From positions 1,241 through 65,240 of the forward strand of contig JAIPBX010000003.1 in NCBI GenBank assembly GCA_021738485.1: a DNA stretch of 64,000 bases, in the 5' to 3' direction. The position numbers and the translations under genes were made by a program. This DNA is from Bacteroidales bacterium (GTDB lineage: Bacteria > Bacteroidota > Bacteroidia > Bacteroidales > JAIPAH01). Under the pieces are notes generated by a model, which did not search any database, was not told where the DNA came from, and was given only the letters and a program-made list of their open reading frames with translations. This document shows positions 17,170-27,779 of this stretch, one piece after another (position 1 is the first letter of the stretch; every line of letters begins with the position of its first letter).

Positions 17170-18888
17170 TTATTTGAACCATTGTTCCACCTCTTCGAGT
17201 TGGAGAGCCGGAATTTTCAATTTGTTTTTTTTGCGATAACCGTTAAGTTTTTGGTGCACCTGTGTCGGCTTCTCGTTTTTCATTTCTTCGGGTGAGCTGT
17301 AACCGGCTTTTATTACATGTTCAGCCCACTCATCGGGAACACCGATTTTTTTGAAATCTTCGGGCGAAGGAGCGGGTTCCTGCTGCTTAGGGCGCATCTG
17401 TGGGAACAGAAGGACTTCCTGAATAGAAGGTTTATTAGTCAAAAGCATAATCAGCCGGTCTATGCCTATTCCCATTCCTGCCGTAGGAGGCATCCCATAT
17501 TCCAAAGCATTGAGAAAATCATAATCGATGTACATGGCCTCATCATCGCCTTTTTCAGATAGGCGAAGTTGCTCTTCAAAACGTTCTTTTTGGTCGATGG
17601 GATCATTCAGTTCGGTGTAAGCATTGGCAAGTTCTTTACCGTTGACAATTAATTCAAAACGCTCGGTTAATTCGGGGTTGTCACGGTGCTTTTTACAAAG
17701 CGGCGACATATCCACCGGGTAATCCATAACAAAAGTCGGTTGGATAAGGTAGGGCTCGACTTTTTCTCCAAAAATTTCATCGATCAGCTTACCCTTACCC
17801 ATACTCTCGTCGACCTCAAGTCCCAAATTACGGCATGTCTCACGAAGTTCTTTTTCATTCATTCCATTGATATCAATGCCGGTATTTTCTTTGATAGCAT
17901 CGTGCATTCTTATCCGCTTAAAAGGGCGCTTAAAATCCAGCATGTTCTCGCCGGATTGTATTCGGGTGGTTCCTTTTACTTGTTTGATAGTTCTTTCAAG
18001 CATTTGTTCGGTAAAGTCCATCATCCAGCGGTAATCCTTGTAGGCCACATAGATTTCCATAACCGTGAATTCGGGATTGTGTGTTCGATCCATTCCTTCA
18101 TTGCGGAAATCTTTAGAGAATTCATAGACGCCTTCAAAGCCTCCAACAATTAGTCTTTTCAGGTATAACTCGTTGGCAATTCTCAGATAAAGCGGGATAT
18201 CCAGGGCATTGTGATGGGTAACGAACGGACGTGCGGCAGCTCCTCCTGGAATAGGCTGCAAAATGGGGGTCTCCACTTCGAGGTAATCCTGCTCATTAAA
18301 AAAGGTGCGCATCGAATTGATGATGCGTGTTCTCTCAATAAAGGTATCGCGACTGCTTTTATTGACAATCAAATCTACATAACGTTGGCGGTAGCGCTGC
18401 TCCTCATCGGAGAAAGCATCATAAACCTTACCGTCTTTTTCTTTTACAATAGGTAGCGGTTTCAGGGACTTGCTGAGCACCTTAAATTGTTTAACGTGAA
18501 TGGTGATTTCTCCCATTTTTGTTTTGAATACGCTGCCTTTTACACCGATGACATCCCCAATGTCAAGGAGCTTTTTGTAGACAGTATTATATAGTGTTTT
18601 GTCTTCGCCGGGGCACAAATCATCGCGGCGGAAATACACCTGGATACGTCCTTTTTCGTCTTGAATCTCTGCAAAAGAAGCGGCTCCCATAACCCGGCGT
18701 GTCATAATTCTTCCGGCAATCGAAACATCCTGGTAGGAGGTTTCATCTTTCTGGAAGTTTTCATGAATCTCCTGTGAGGTCGTATTCACTTCATAGCCTT
18801 CGGCCGGGTAAGGTTCTATTCCAAGCTTTTTTAGCTCTTCAAGGGATTTACGTCTGATAATTTCCTGTTCGCTCCGTTCGTTATTCAT
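17170..18888 (-). CDS. lysS: Lysine--tRNA ligase (class II) with Bacteroidota-type C-terminal extension
   Basis: The track ORF starts at 18927. [28 protein letters not shown] at 18888 is the conventional LysRS start. Class II motifs are present ([28 protein letters not shown]). There is a ~75-aa tail after FPQMRP. Confidence 0.9.
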   Translation of the reverse strand: MNNERSEQEIIRRKSLEELKKLGIEPYPAEGYEVNTTSQEIHENFQKDETSYQDVSIAGRIMTRRVMGAASFAEIQDEKGRIQVYFRRDDLCPGEDKTLYNTVYKKLLDIGDVIGVKGSVFKTKMGEITIHVKQFKVLSKSLKPLPIVKEKDGKVYDAFSDEEQRYRQRYVDLIVNKSSRDTFIERTRIINSMRTFFNEQDYLEVETPILQPIPGGAAARPFVTHHNALDIPLYLRIANELYLKRLIVGGFEGVYEFSKDFRNEGMDRTHNPEFTVMEIYVAYKDYRWMMDFTEQMLERTIKQVKGTTRIQSGENMLDFKRPFKRIRMHDAIKENTGIDINGMNEKELRETCRNLGLEVDESMGKGKLIDEIFGEKVEPYLIQPTFVMDYPVDMSPLCKKHRDNPELTERFELIVNGKELANAYTELNDPIDQKERFEEQLRLSEKGDDEAMYIDYDFLNALEYGMPPTAGMGIGIDRLIMLLTNKPSIQEVLLFPQMRPKQQEPAPSPEDFKKIGVPDEWAEHVIKAGYSSPEEMKNEKPTQVHQKLNGYRKKNKLKIPALQLEEVEQWFK

Positions 18889-19000
18889 ATCAATAAAGCC
18901 TCTTAATTTTTTATAAATGAGGTGCAAAGATAAAAAGTTTGTGCATTGAATGGCTTGTTAAAGAAACATTAACTTTGCAATGGTTTTTTAATGGGATAGG

Positions 19001-19843
19001 ATGATGAAACGTAAGCCGCAGTGGTTAAAAACACCCTTTCCGAAGGGGAAAAAATACATGGATGTCAGGGACGTGGTTGAAAAAAATCGTTTACACACGA
19101 TTTGCACAAGTGGGAAATGCCCGAATATGGCAGAGTGCTGGGGCAACGGAACGGCCACTTTTATGATTCTGGGAGAAATCTGTACCCGCTTATGTAAATT
19201 TTGTGCCACTCAGTCAGGTAAACCTAATCCTCCTGACTGGGAAGAGCCGAAACGGCTGGCTGAAACCATCAGGACTATGAATTTGAAGCATTGTGTGATA
19301 ACTTCGGTAGACAGGGATGATCTGGAAGATGGAGGGGCCGCTTTCTGGGCTGAGACGGTGCGCCGGATTAAATCTGCTAATCCCGGAATTACTATAGAAA
19401 CGCTGATTCCTGATTTGGATGCTCGTAGTGACAACATTCAAAAAATAGCTGATGCCCATCCCGATGTTATATCTCATAACCTGGAAACGGTGAGGCGGCT
19501 AACCCCGCAAATCCGCAGCAGAGCCAAATATGAGGTGAGCTTGCAAACATTACGGATTGTGGCTCAATCCGGTATAAAGACAAAATCAGGATTTATGGTG
19601 GGAATGGGTGAAACGCAGGAGGAAGTATTCGAGACAATGGATGATCTGTTAGAGGTGGGTTGTCAGATTGTTACCATAGGTCAGTATATGCAGCCTACAC
19701 GAAATCATTGGCCCGTGAAGGACTACGTTCATCCCCAGGTGTTTGAAGAGTATCGTAAAGCAGGTTTGGAAAAAGGATTCGGTTATGTAGAGAGTGCTCC
19801 TTTAGTGCGCTCTTCATATCATGCAGAAAAACATGTTGAATAA
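19001..19843 (+). CDS. lipA: Lipoyl synthase
   Basis: 280 aa. CTSGKCPNMAECW and radical-SAM CTRLCKFC motifs; ends SSYHAEKH. Confidence 0.95.
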   Translation: MMKRKPQWLKTPFPKGKKYMDVRDVVEKNRLHTICTSGKCPNMAECWGNGTATFMILGEICTRLCKFCATQSGKPNPPDWEEPKRLAETIRTMNLKHCVITSVDRDDLEDGGAAFWAETVRRIKSANPGITIETLIPDLDARSDNIQKIADAHPDVISHNLETVRRLTPQIRSRAKYEVSLQTLRIVAQSGIKTKSGFMVGMGETQEEVFETMDDLLEVGCQIVTIGQYMQPTRNHWPVKDYVHPQVFEEYRKAGLEKGFGYVESAPLVRSSYHAEKHVE

Positions 19844-20526
19844 TGAATAATGAAGTCGTTTTTCAGAATTTAAAGGCCATTTCTTTTAAGGAGGCATGGG
19901 ATTACCAGGAACAATTGTTCCAAAAAATAATTGAAGGAAAAAGAGCCGTCGACAAAAACTATAAACAATACCTTTTATTTTGTGAGCATCCTCATGTTTA
20001 TACCCTCGGAAAAAGCGGTCAGGAGCAAAACCTCCTTATTTCGGAAGAATTCAGAAGGAGAAAGCAGATTGAATATTTTAAAATCAACCGCGGGGGAGAT
20101 ATTACCTACCACGGACCAGGGCAGCTTGTTGGTTACCCGATAATTGATCTTGAAGAGTATCAGTTAGGAGTAAAAAGTTATATTTTTCATCTTGAAGAAG
20201 TTATTATCCAGGTCCTGAGGGAATATGGTATAGAAGCCTCGCGCCTGAAGGGGGTTATCGGTGTATGGCTTGATACTGACAAACCATCCAGAGCCCGGAA
20301 GATATGTGCTATCGGTGTGCGGACAAGCCGGTTTGTTACAATGCACGGGTTTGCTTTTAATATAAATACGGATTTGCAATACTTTGATTATATTAATCCG
20401 TGCGGGATTACAGATAAAGGGGTGACCTCTATGCAAAAAGAGCTGGGCAAGAAAGTGGATTTTGAGGAGGTTAGCGGTGTCGTTAAGCAAAAATTCAGGG
20501 AAGTTTTCGGGATGAACTTCCTTTAA
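19843..20526 (+). CDS. lipB: Lipoyl(octanoyl) transferase
   Basis: 227 aa. RGGDITYHGPGQLVGYPI and KICAIGVR motifs. The start overlaps the lipA stop (TAATG). Confidence 0.9.
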   Translation: MNNEVVFQNLKAISFKEAWDYQEQLFQKIIEGKRAVDKNYKQYLLFCEHPHVYTLGKSGQEQNLLISEEFRRRKQIEYFKINRGGDITYHGPGQLVGYPIIDLEEYQLGVKSYIFHLEEVIIQVLREYGIEASRLKGVIGVWLDTDKPSRARKICAIGVRTSRFVTMHGFAFNINTDLQYFDYINPCGITDKGVTSMQKELGKKVDFEEVSGVVKQKFREVFGMNFL

Positions 20527-20556
20527 TGAGAAGAGAATGTTTTCATAAAAGGATAA

Positions 20557-22338
20557 ATGGCTTACATCAGTAGAGAAATTTCAGTTGGTAACGTAAAGAT
20601 CGGGGGCTCACACCCCGTTCGATTTCAGTCAATGACCAATACCCACACGATGAACACCCGTGCGACGGTAGAACAATCCATTCGAATGATTGAGGCCGGT
20701 GCTGAGATGGTACGCATTACTGCCCGCAACTTGAAAGAAGCTGAAAATCTCAAGGTTATAAAAAATGAACTACACCAGGCGGGGTATGAGGTCCCCCTTA
20801 TAGCCGATATTCATTTTAATCCGAAAGTAGCAGAGATAGCCGCCGGGCATGTAGAGAAAATCCGTATCAATCCCGGGAATTATGCCGGCCGCAATGCGAA
20901 AGGGAAGATGCATTTTACAGAGGAAGAGTATCAACAGGATCTTGATAAAATCCGGGAAAGGATAAGACCATTGATCTCTGTTTGTAAAAAGCATGGAACG
21001 GCCATGCGGGTGGGAAGCAATCATGGATCATTGTCGCCAAGGATTACGGACAGATTTGGAGATACGCCCGAAGGTATGGCTATCTCGGTAATGGAGTTTT
21101 GCCGGATTTGTGATGAATTGGATTTTCATAATATCGTAGTCTCAATGAAATCCTCCAATACCCGTGTAATGGTTCATGCTACGCGGCTTTTGGTTAGGAA
21201 AATGGAGGAAGAGGGGTTTTATTACCCGGTTCATTTAGGAGTTACAGAAGCCGGTAGTGGTATCGAAGGCCGGGTGAAATCTGCCGTTGGAATCGGTACT
21301 TTACTTGCGGAGGAAATTGGTGATACGATCAGGGTTTCATTGACCGAATCCCCGGAAAAAGAATTGCCTGTTGCTTCAAACATAGTGGAGGCCGTACAAT
21401 CAGAAAAGGAGAAAGCCCGTAATGGAAAATTATATCCGGCCATTGGCCTGCCTTTTTCTTACCAAAGAAGAGAATCATTCAGTCTTGAAGCAATAGGAAA
21501 TAAGTCTTCTCCTGTAGTTATTAGCCCGGACTCCAACACCGGATTTTACAAGGGAAATGCTCCGGATTTTATTTTTTCAGATGGGAATAAGGGAAATGAG
21601 GTTCTTTATTCATTTGATAGAAAAAATGATTCCCGGACAGCGTATTCGCTTTCGGAGGTGCATCAGATTAAAGACTCTGGGATCTATACCGGTTTAAACT
21701 TTGTTAAAATCAGGAATATCAAGGAATTAGAGGCTGTTCATCAGGTATTGGCCAATAAGCCGTTTGCGTATATTTTATTGGCTAATCCAGCCGGTCAACA
21801 TGAGATGATTCATTTTTTGGAAAACGAAAAGGCTAAGAATCCCGTAATCCTTTATCATTTTAACGAAACTAATGACTGGGAGGCTTTTGCCATTGAGGTT
21901 TCATCTTTACTGGGTCCGTTTTTTATTAATGGCCGGGCAGATGGTATATGGCTCGATAATCCCACGCACGCAGTAAAGGAGGTGGCAGCACTTATGTATA
22001 CCATTTTGCAAGGCAGCCGCAGCCGTATTTCAAAAACCGAATTTATCGCGTGCCCTTCCTGTGGTCGGACAGAGTTTGATATTGAGCAAACCCTTCAAAA
22101 AGTGAAAGAAAAAACCGGTCATCTGAAAGGATTGAAAATTGCCGTAATGGGTTGCATCGTCAATGGCCCCGGCGAAATGGCTGATGCGGACTATGGTTAT
22201 GTGGGAGCGGCTCGCGGAAAGGTTACCCTATACAAAGGAAAGACGGTTAAGAAAAAAAATATCGCTGAGGAGAAGGCGATTGATGAACTTATCAATCTAA
22301 TTAAAGAGGAAGGCGATTGGAAGCCGGTTTTTCGATAA
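20557..22338 (+). CDS. ispG: 4-hydroxy-3-methylbut-2-en-1-yl diphosphate synthase, long form with inserted domain
   Basis: 593 aa. N-terminal TIM-barrel block (VRFQSMTNT...RINPGNY). C-terminal Fe-S block (CPSCGRT...GCIVNGPGE). A ~250-aa insert lies between them, as in Bacteroidota/Chlamydia/plant GcpE. Confidence 0.9.
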   Translation: MAYISREISVGNVKIGGSHPVRFQSMTNTHTMNTRATVEQSIRMIEAGAEMVRITARNLKEAENLKVIKNELHQAGYEVPLIADIHFNPKVAEIAAGHVEKIRINPGNYAGRNAKGKMHFTEEEYQQDLDKIRERIRPLISVCKKHGTAMRVGSNHGSLSPRITDRFGDTPEGMAISVMEFCRICDELDFHNIVVSMKSSNTRVMVHATRLLVRKMEEEGFYYPVHLGVTEAGSGIEGRVKSAVGIGTLLAEEIGDTIRVSLTESPEKELPVASNIVEAVQSEKEKARNGKLYPAIGLPFSYQRRESFSLEAIGNKSSPVVISPDSNTGFYKGNAPDFIFSDGNKGNEVLYSFDRKNDSRTAYSLSEVHQIKDSGIYTGLNFVKIRNIKELEAVHQVLANKPFAYILLANPAGQHEMIHFLENEKAKNPVILYHFNETNDWEAFAIEVSSLLGPFFINGRADGIWLDNPTHAVKEVAALMYTILQGSRSRISKTEFIACPSCGRTEFDIEQTLQKVKEKTGHLKGLKIAVMGCIVNGPGEMADADYGYVGAARGKVTLYKGKTVKKKNIAEEKAIDELINLIKEEGDWKPVFR

Positions 22339-22512
22339 AACCTCCCTGCTTACTATAGGAAGTATTAATAAATTCCCGATAATCGATCTTAAAAATCGAC
22401 AGGAAGGATGGGTCTTACAATTCATTGGTAAGATGGAATCATAGCCAAATGCCCTAAGAAGGAAAAAGTTAAGTGTCTTCGCCTCTCAAACGTATACCAC
22501 TGATATAGTTTT

Positions 22513-23523
22513 TTACCTCGCAGCCTTACTCTGTTTTTCCGGGGTGAATTGCTCAAACTGTTGTTTTGCTTCCTGCGGAACATACATCTGTACTGCTTTT
22601 GGGATGATTTCAAAGGAGAAAGGTGAATGCCCCAGCGATTCACCGTCGGCTTCCAGGTTGAGTTTGCGGCTGTTTTTGGATTCGATGGTTATTTTCTGCC
22701 CTTTGTGAGTCGAGACTTGTGGCAGAGTAACGAATGTGCCGTCGTAAAGCTTTTTCAGCGAGCGGATTACCAGCATTTTCCCTACTTTCCGGATAATGGT
22801 GACATCAATCAATCCGTCGTTGGGCCGGGCAAAGGGGAGCTGTTTTAGGCCATTCCCATTAAAACGGTTGATGCCTACGTTGATACTGAAAATATTGGCC
22901 GGGATTTTCTCATCATCAACCTTGATATGGGTGTTCACCGGATTCCATTTGAAAAGGCTGTAAAAGATGTTATAGAAGTAGGACAATGGGCCGCCTTTGC
23001 CTCTTTCTTTCTGGGTGTTGGTCTTTTGCGCTACCAGGGCATCGTAGCCAATTCCTGCCATGTTGATAAGGTAACGGGAATTGGGCATGTCACCATCGTA
23101 AAAATGAACCAAAGCCGCATCCTGAATAAATGTGGTGCCCGCGGCAATAATTTTGATGGCTTCCTGGTAGTCCAGTGAAATTCCGTACATCCGGCACCAG
23201 TCGTTGCCTGTGCCTACGGGAATAATGCCCACGCTGATTTCGGTGGCCGGATATTTTTTCTGGTGATACACGCCGTTAATCACCTCATTCAAAGTGCCGT
23301 CGCCGCCCACTACTATGATTTTTTTGTAATCCTTTTCCACGTGTTTTTTGGTAAGCTGGATGGCTTGATATTTCCGTTGTGTGAACACCGACACAAACGA
23401 AATGTTGGCCTCCTCCAGTAACTCGGCGATGCGGCCCCAGTCTTTTTCGCCCTTACGCCGGCCGGCGTTGGGATTGACTACGACCAACCAATCATCATTG
23501 GTATTGGGCTTAATTGCTTTCAT
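22513..23523 (-). CDS. Diacylglycerol/lipid kinase family protein (YegS/BmrU-like)
   Basis: 336 aa. VVVNPNAGRRKG, GGDGTLNEV and PVGTGNDW motifs. Confidence 0.8.
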   Translation of the reverse strand: MKAIKPNTNDDWLVVVNPNAGRRKGEKDWGRIAELLEEANISFVSVFTQRKYQAIQLTKKHVEKDYKKIIVVGGDGTLNEVINGVYHQKKYPATEISVGIIPVGTGNDWCRMYGISLDYQEAIKIIAAGTTFIQDAALVHFYDGDMPNSRYLINMAGIGYDALVAQKTNTQKERGKGGPLSYFYNIFYSLFKWNPVNTHIKVDDEKIPANIFSINVGINRFNGNGLKQLPFARPNDGLIDVTIIRKVGKMLVIRSLKKLYDGTFVTLPQVSTHKGQKITIESKNSRKLNLEADGESLGHSPFSFEIIPKAVQMYVPQEAKQQFEQFTPEKQSKAAR

Positions 23524-23572
23524 TTACTAATGGCTTAACGATAACTCAACACAAAACTACAAAAATTCATTT

Positions 23573-24685
23573 CTATTGTTCGATGATGCGGATGAGTTCA
23601 TCGCGGACCCGTATAATGTCAAACTCCTCTTCTGCCATTCTTCGGCCATTTTTTCCAAGGGTTTTCCGTTCATCCGGGTGATAATGAAGATATTCGATTT
23701 TTTCCACCAGCGATTCAATATTTCCGTTGTCGATAAGGAAACCGTTTTTTCCATCTTTTATAAGCTCAGGATTGGAGCTGACATTAAAACCAATCACCGG
23801 TCTCCGGCAAGCCATAGCCTCTGCGATAACATATCCAAATCCCTCCCAGTAGGAAGTTAAAACAAAGACATCAATTTCGTTCATAAATCGTGCAGTATCA
23901 TCAACAAATCCGGGCAACACGAAATACTCTTCCAAACTTTTTTCTTTGATTTTGTGCCGGATGTCTGCTTTAAGCTTGCCTTCCCCACCCAGGATGATTT
24001 TGAAAGGTACTCCCTTTTCCCTGAGTTTTTCGGCAATTTCAATAAAGCGGTGCAGGCCTTTTTGTTTCACAAAGCGCCCGAGGCTGCCGATAACGATTTG
24101 ATGTTTTTCGTTAGCCTTCCCATTACCGCAGTTGTAATTTTCCAGCTTAAGGCCGTTGTAAAGAACCCGGATTTTCTCCCTGGAGATGATATGAGGATTA
24201 TTTGTGAGGATGGTATCCCTGGTGGCTTTTGAATTGACAAGTACCAGGTCCAGGATGTTTCGGTAAAGATAGCGGTTAAGTATGGAGTTGTTTACAGGAA
24301 TAGCACTTCCGCGGCGGTATATGATTTTTGAAACCCCGGCTTTTTGGGCTGCCGGCCCGGCTGTTTTCAAATCGCTGGGAAGGTTCATGATGATGACAGA
24401 AATCGGATTTTTAGAGAAAAATCTTCTGAGTTTGGCCTCCATGAAAGGGTTTAAAAAGCTGAGATTGTTAATTCCAATGCTTATATTTTTTAGTCCTGAG
24501 GCCAGATATTTTTGTTGAAGGGCACTGTTTTTAGCGGTAATGGTGAAAACCCGATAACCTTGGTTTTTTAACATCAGGGCCATATCATAATGCCATTTCT
24601 CTCCACCGCCCCATGCCTTGGCAGTATTACAAAAACAGATGACCGGAGCGGTTTTTTCGTGGGTTGATGTGTCCTCCATTTCCAT
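23573..24685 (-). CDS. Glycosyltransferase family 4 (GT-B fold)
   Basis: 370 aa. C-terminal EGFGYVIAEAMACRRPVIGFNVSSNPELI block, typical of the GT4 E-x7-E region. Confidence 0.8.
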   Translation of the reverse strand: MEMEDTSTHEKTAPVICFCNTAKAWGGGEKWHYDMALMLKNQGYRVFTITAKNSALQQKYLASGLKNISIGINNLSFLNPFMEAKLRRFFSKNPISVIIMNLPSDLKTAGPAAQKAGVSKIIYRRGSAIPVNNSILNRYLYRNILDLVLVNSKATRDTILTNNPHIISREKIRVLYNGLKLENYNCGNGKANEKHQIVIGSLGRFVKQKGLHRFIEIAEKLREKGVPFKIILGGEGKLKADIRHKIKEKSLEEYFVLPGFVDDTARFMNEIDVFVLTSYWEGFGYVIAEAMACRRPVIGFNVSSNPELIKDGKNGFLIDNGNIESLVEKIEYLHYHPDERKTLGKNGRRMAEEEFDIIRVRDELIRIIEQ

Positions 24686-24782
24686 GTAAATAAAAAGTTT
24701 GTGTTCTGTGATTACAAAGATAGGGAATAATTCAGGTGCTTATTCTTACTCCTTTATGGAGGTGGGGTTAACCAAACTGGTT

Positions 24783-25625
24783 TTAAAGAAGTAACTGACG
24801 GGTTTCACGGGCATAAGCGATACATTTATTCCAATCATCATGATATTCTTCGTCTATTTGTTTTAATTCCTGATTTGGAATAAAAGCACTGTCCGGTTCG
24901 GCTTCAGGAAGGAAGTTAGCAGTATAAGCAACCGTGTGGAGAAAGAGCTGACTGATTTTTTTATACAGTTTTTTCAGAAAAGTAATTTTGATTTTTTGAG
25001 GTTGATAAACATAAAAACGATTAAACTTGCGAACCCATTTCAGTTGATGTTCGGAATAGGATTTTTTTACGGTTGATAGTTGAATCCGGGTTTCATCATA
25101 GCTAACATTGACATATCCGGCAATAATACGTATGGTATCTAGCGGAGCCTTTTTGAGCTCTTCCTGAAAAAGGACTAACGGGCGATGCCCGAAAGAGCGC
25201 TCAAGGTGTTTGATTTTTGTGTAAAAGTCAAGATTCATGCGTATTTCCCGACCGGTTGCTGTTTGCGGATCGATGAATTGGTCAAAAGAGGATTTGCCGT
25301 GTTTCCGTATATAGTATTTGTATTTGGACCGTAACCAGGAGCTATGTTTACGTAAAACGATAATAGGATAAACCGTAGAGAAATTCTCCCGGACTTTCCC
25401 GATTTTCTCTTCAGAGCTTTTGTTTCCGGGATGTGGAGTGAATTCAACAGATAAAAGGACATGTTGGGTGTTATTGGATTCGATAACCTTTTCATGTCTT
25501 TTAAAGTCGTGCTTTTTAACGTATGTGATGTCTTGAAAATAAGGGAAAACCCTTCTTTGCAAAAACGTAGATGCTGTTTTTGGTAGACCGACATGGAAAT
25601 AAGCTACTCTTGAATTTTCTGTCAT
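24783..25625 (-). CDS. Sulfotransferase-fold protein, paralog family member 1 (most divergent)
   Basis: 280 aa. HVGLPKTASTFLQ (5'-PSB-like), IVLRKHSSWLRSKY (3'-PB-like), RPLVLFQ, DDWNKCIAYA. Confidence 0.6.
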   Translation of the reverse strand: MTENSRVAYFHVGLPKTASTFLQRRVFPYFQDITYVKKHDFKRHEKVIESNNTQHVLLSVEFTPHPGNKSSEEKIGKVRENFSTVYPIIVLRKHSSWLRSKYKYYIRKHGKSSFDQFIDPQTATGREIRMNLDFYTKIKHLERSFGHRPLVLFQEELKKAPLDTIRIIAGYVNVSYDETRIQLSTVKKSYSEHQLKWVRKFNRFYVYQPQKIKITFLKKLYKKISQLFLHTVAYTANFLPEAEPDSAFIPNQELKQIDEEYHDDWNKCIAYARETRQLLL

Positions 25626-25805
25626 CCTTGCCCCGATTAATTATTCTGCAAAAATAAGTCTTTGCCCTAAGAACCAAAACAAAATAATACCCGATTAAAT
25701 CATTCGTGAATAATAATATAACTCATTGCCTGTCCCGGTCGTAGTCAATAATAATTGTGATTTATAGCTTCTGTTGTTTCATTTTCCCAGCTTTCTCTTT
25801 CCACT

Positions 25806-26636
25806 TCAATACAGCGGAGGGTTGTTTTCTTGAGCATATTGAACACACTTTTGCCAATCATTATAGTAATGCTCCCGGATTTTTTTTAATTGGTCCTGCG
25901 GTACCAGCGATTTATGATTTATCCATGCCTTCGGCAGTAGTTTGGCAATGTAAAGGGTAGCGTATCGGATTAGTCGGTTATAGAGGCGACGCATTTTGCC
26001 GCGTTTGGTATGTCCCGGACGGTGAATTTCTTTGAAAATGGTGTTTTGGGTTACCCACAACCTGAATTTTAATTCCTTATCCCTGTAAGATTTGTGGCGT
26101 GGTTTGTATGAAATAGGGCCCATATCTTTTATTCCTGCATAATTTGCTATTTGTTGAATAAATTTTTTCGGCTCATTTTTTAAATCATTGTGAAAAAGAA
26201 CGAGAGGTTTTTGAGAAAAGTGGCTTTCAAGAAATTTTATTTCAGGATAATAATATAAATCTTCAATTTTCCATGTTCCCTTATCATTTTCAATATCAAA
26301 AAACTCATTGAAATTTTCTTTTAATCCCCGCTTGATAAGGAACCGATAATACGAGGCTATCCACTCATCATGATGGCGAAAAACAATGATTGTTTTAGCA
26401 TGAGGATATTTTTGAGCGAATTTTTTAATCTTTGGATAGAAGTCATGGCGCCCGAATTCATGGGAAAGCAAAACCTTTTTATTCGGATGCCTGGCCACAA
26501 TGTCATCAATATATCGATAATTGCGTTTTATGACATAGTGTACGTCTTTAAAGTTAGGAAACACAGAACGCTGTAAAAAAGTAGTCCCGGTTTTTTCCAG
26601 GCCTACATGAAATATTATTTCGGGATGTGTTTTCAT
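25806..26636 (-). CDS. Sulfotransferase-fold protein, paralog family member 2
   Basis: 276 aa. HVGLEKTGTTFLQ, IVFRHHDEWIASYY, KPLVLFH, NDWQKCVQYA. Confidence 0.6.
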   Translation of the reverse strand: MKTHPEIIFHVGLEKTGTTFLQRSVFPNFKDVHYVIKRNYRYIDDIVARHPNKKVLLSHEFGRHDFYPKIKKFAQKYPHAKTIIVFRHHDEWIASYYRFLIKRGLKENFNEFFDIENDKGTWKIEDLYYYPEIKFLESHFSQKPLVLFHNDLKNEPKKFIQQIANYAGIKDMGPISYKPRHKSYRDKELKFRLWVTQNTIFKEIHRPGHTKRGKMRRLYNRLIRYATLYIAKLLPKAWINHKSLVPQDQLKKIREHYYNDWQKCVQYAQENNPPLY

Positions 26637-26783
26637 TTATTTATTATTTTTTTGAAGAGCCACTGCAAAAGTAATAAGTTTATACTCTTTGGCGTTTAAA
26701 GAAATAGTTTTTAGATTGTGTCCCTGTCTGTGATAGGGCTTTTTTGTAAATGAAGAATGTAAAAAGATATACCTAATACAACG

Positions 26784-27734
26784 ATGAAGATTAGTGGTTT
26801 TACCATGGCTCGCAATGCCAATAAGCTATATTATCCAATACGGCAATCTATAGAATCAATGTTACCTATCTGTGATGAGTTTGTTGTGGCTCTCGGTGAA
26901 TGCGACTCGGATGATGCTACGCGCCAGGAGATAGAGGCTATAGACAGTCCGAAGATTAAAATAATCGATACGAAGTGGGACCTTGAAAAATATCCGCATG
27001 GATCAGAGCATGCCCATCAAACAGATATTGCCAAAGAGGCCTGCTCGGGCGATTGGTTGTTTTATCTTCAGGCGGATGAAGTGGTCCACGAAAAAGATTT
27101 ACCGATTATACAAGAGCAATGCCGCCGTTTTTTAAGCGATAAGGAAGTGGAAGGTTTTTTATTCAATTATTACCATTTTTTCGGGGATTACTCCCATTTT
27201 CATTTTGCTCATGGATGGTACAAGAAAGAAATCAGGATAATACGTAATGATCCGCAGATTCACTCCTGGCGTTCGGCTCAGTCTTTTCGGCGAATCCCGG
27301 ATTTTGACGGGATTCATTACCGCGAAAAGAAGGGCACTTATAAGTTGCAGGTAGTACCCATAAAGGCCAGTATTTTTCACTATGGGTGGGTGCGGCCCCC
27401 GCGATTGATGAAGAAAAAAATGAAAGCCTTTTCGGTGATTCATAGTGGTCCAAGAGCGGCCGCAAAAAAGCATAATGATTTAAACTTCGATTATGGACCT
27501 TTAAATAAACTCAGAAAATACAAAGGAACCCATCCTAAGGTGATGCATGATTGGATGAGGCATTTTGACTGGCGTGAGGAACTCAATTATTCAGGCACTT
27601 ATCCTGTAACCAGGCGAAAGCTTCGCCATGAAACCTTAAAAAATAGACTTATCTCATGGGTGGAAAACAACTTGCTTGGGGGCCGAACCATTGGGGGCTC
27701 CAAAAACTGGATTCTTTTGCGTAGAAGAAAATGA
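26784..27734 (+). CDS. Glycosyltransferase family 2-like protein
   Basis: 316 aa. N-terminus ISGFTMARNANKLYYPIRQSIESMLPICDEFVVALGECDSDDAT...YLQADEVVHE resembles a conserved Bacteroidota GT2 (GT-A, DxD-like ADE) group. Confidence 0.6.
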   Translation: MKISGFTMARNANKLYYPIRQSIESMLPICDEFVVALGECDSDDATRQEIEAIDSPKIKIIDTKWDLEKYPHGSEHAHQTDIAKEACSGDWLFYLQADEVVHEKDLPIIQEQCRRFLSDKEVEGFLFNYYHFFGDYSHFHFAHGWYKKEIRIIRNDPQIHSWRSAQSFRRIPDFDGIHYREKKGTYKLQVVPIKASIFHYGWVRPPRLMKKKMKAFSVIHSGPRAAAKKHNDLNFDYGPLNKLRKYKGTHPKVMHDWMRHFDWREELNYSGTYPVTRRKLRHETLKNRLISWVENNLLGGRTIGGSKNWILLRRRK

Positions 27735-27779
27735 AGTTAGTGATTAAAATCATGATTCGTTTAAGCTAATAACTGAAAA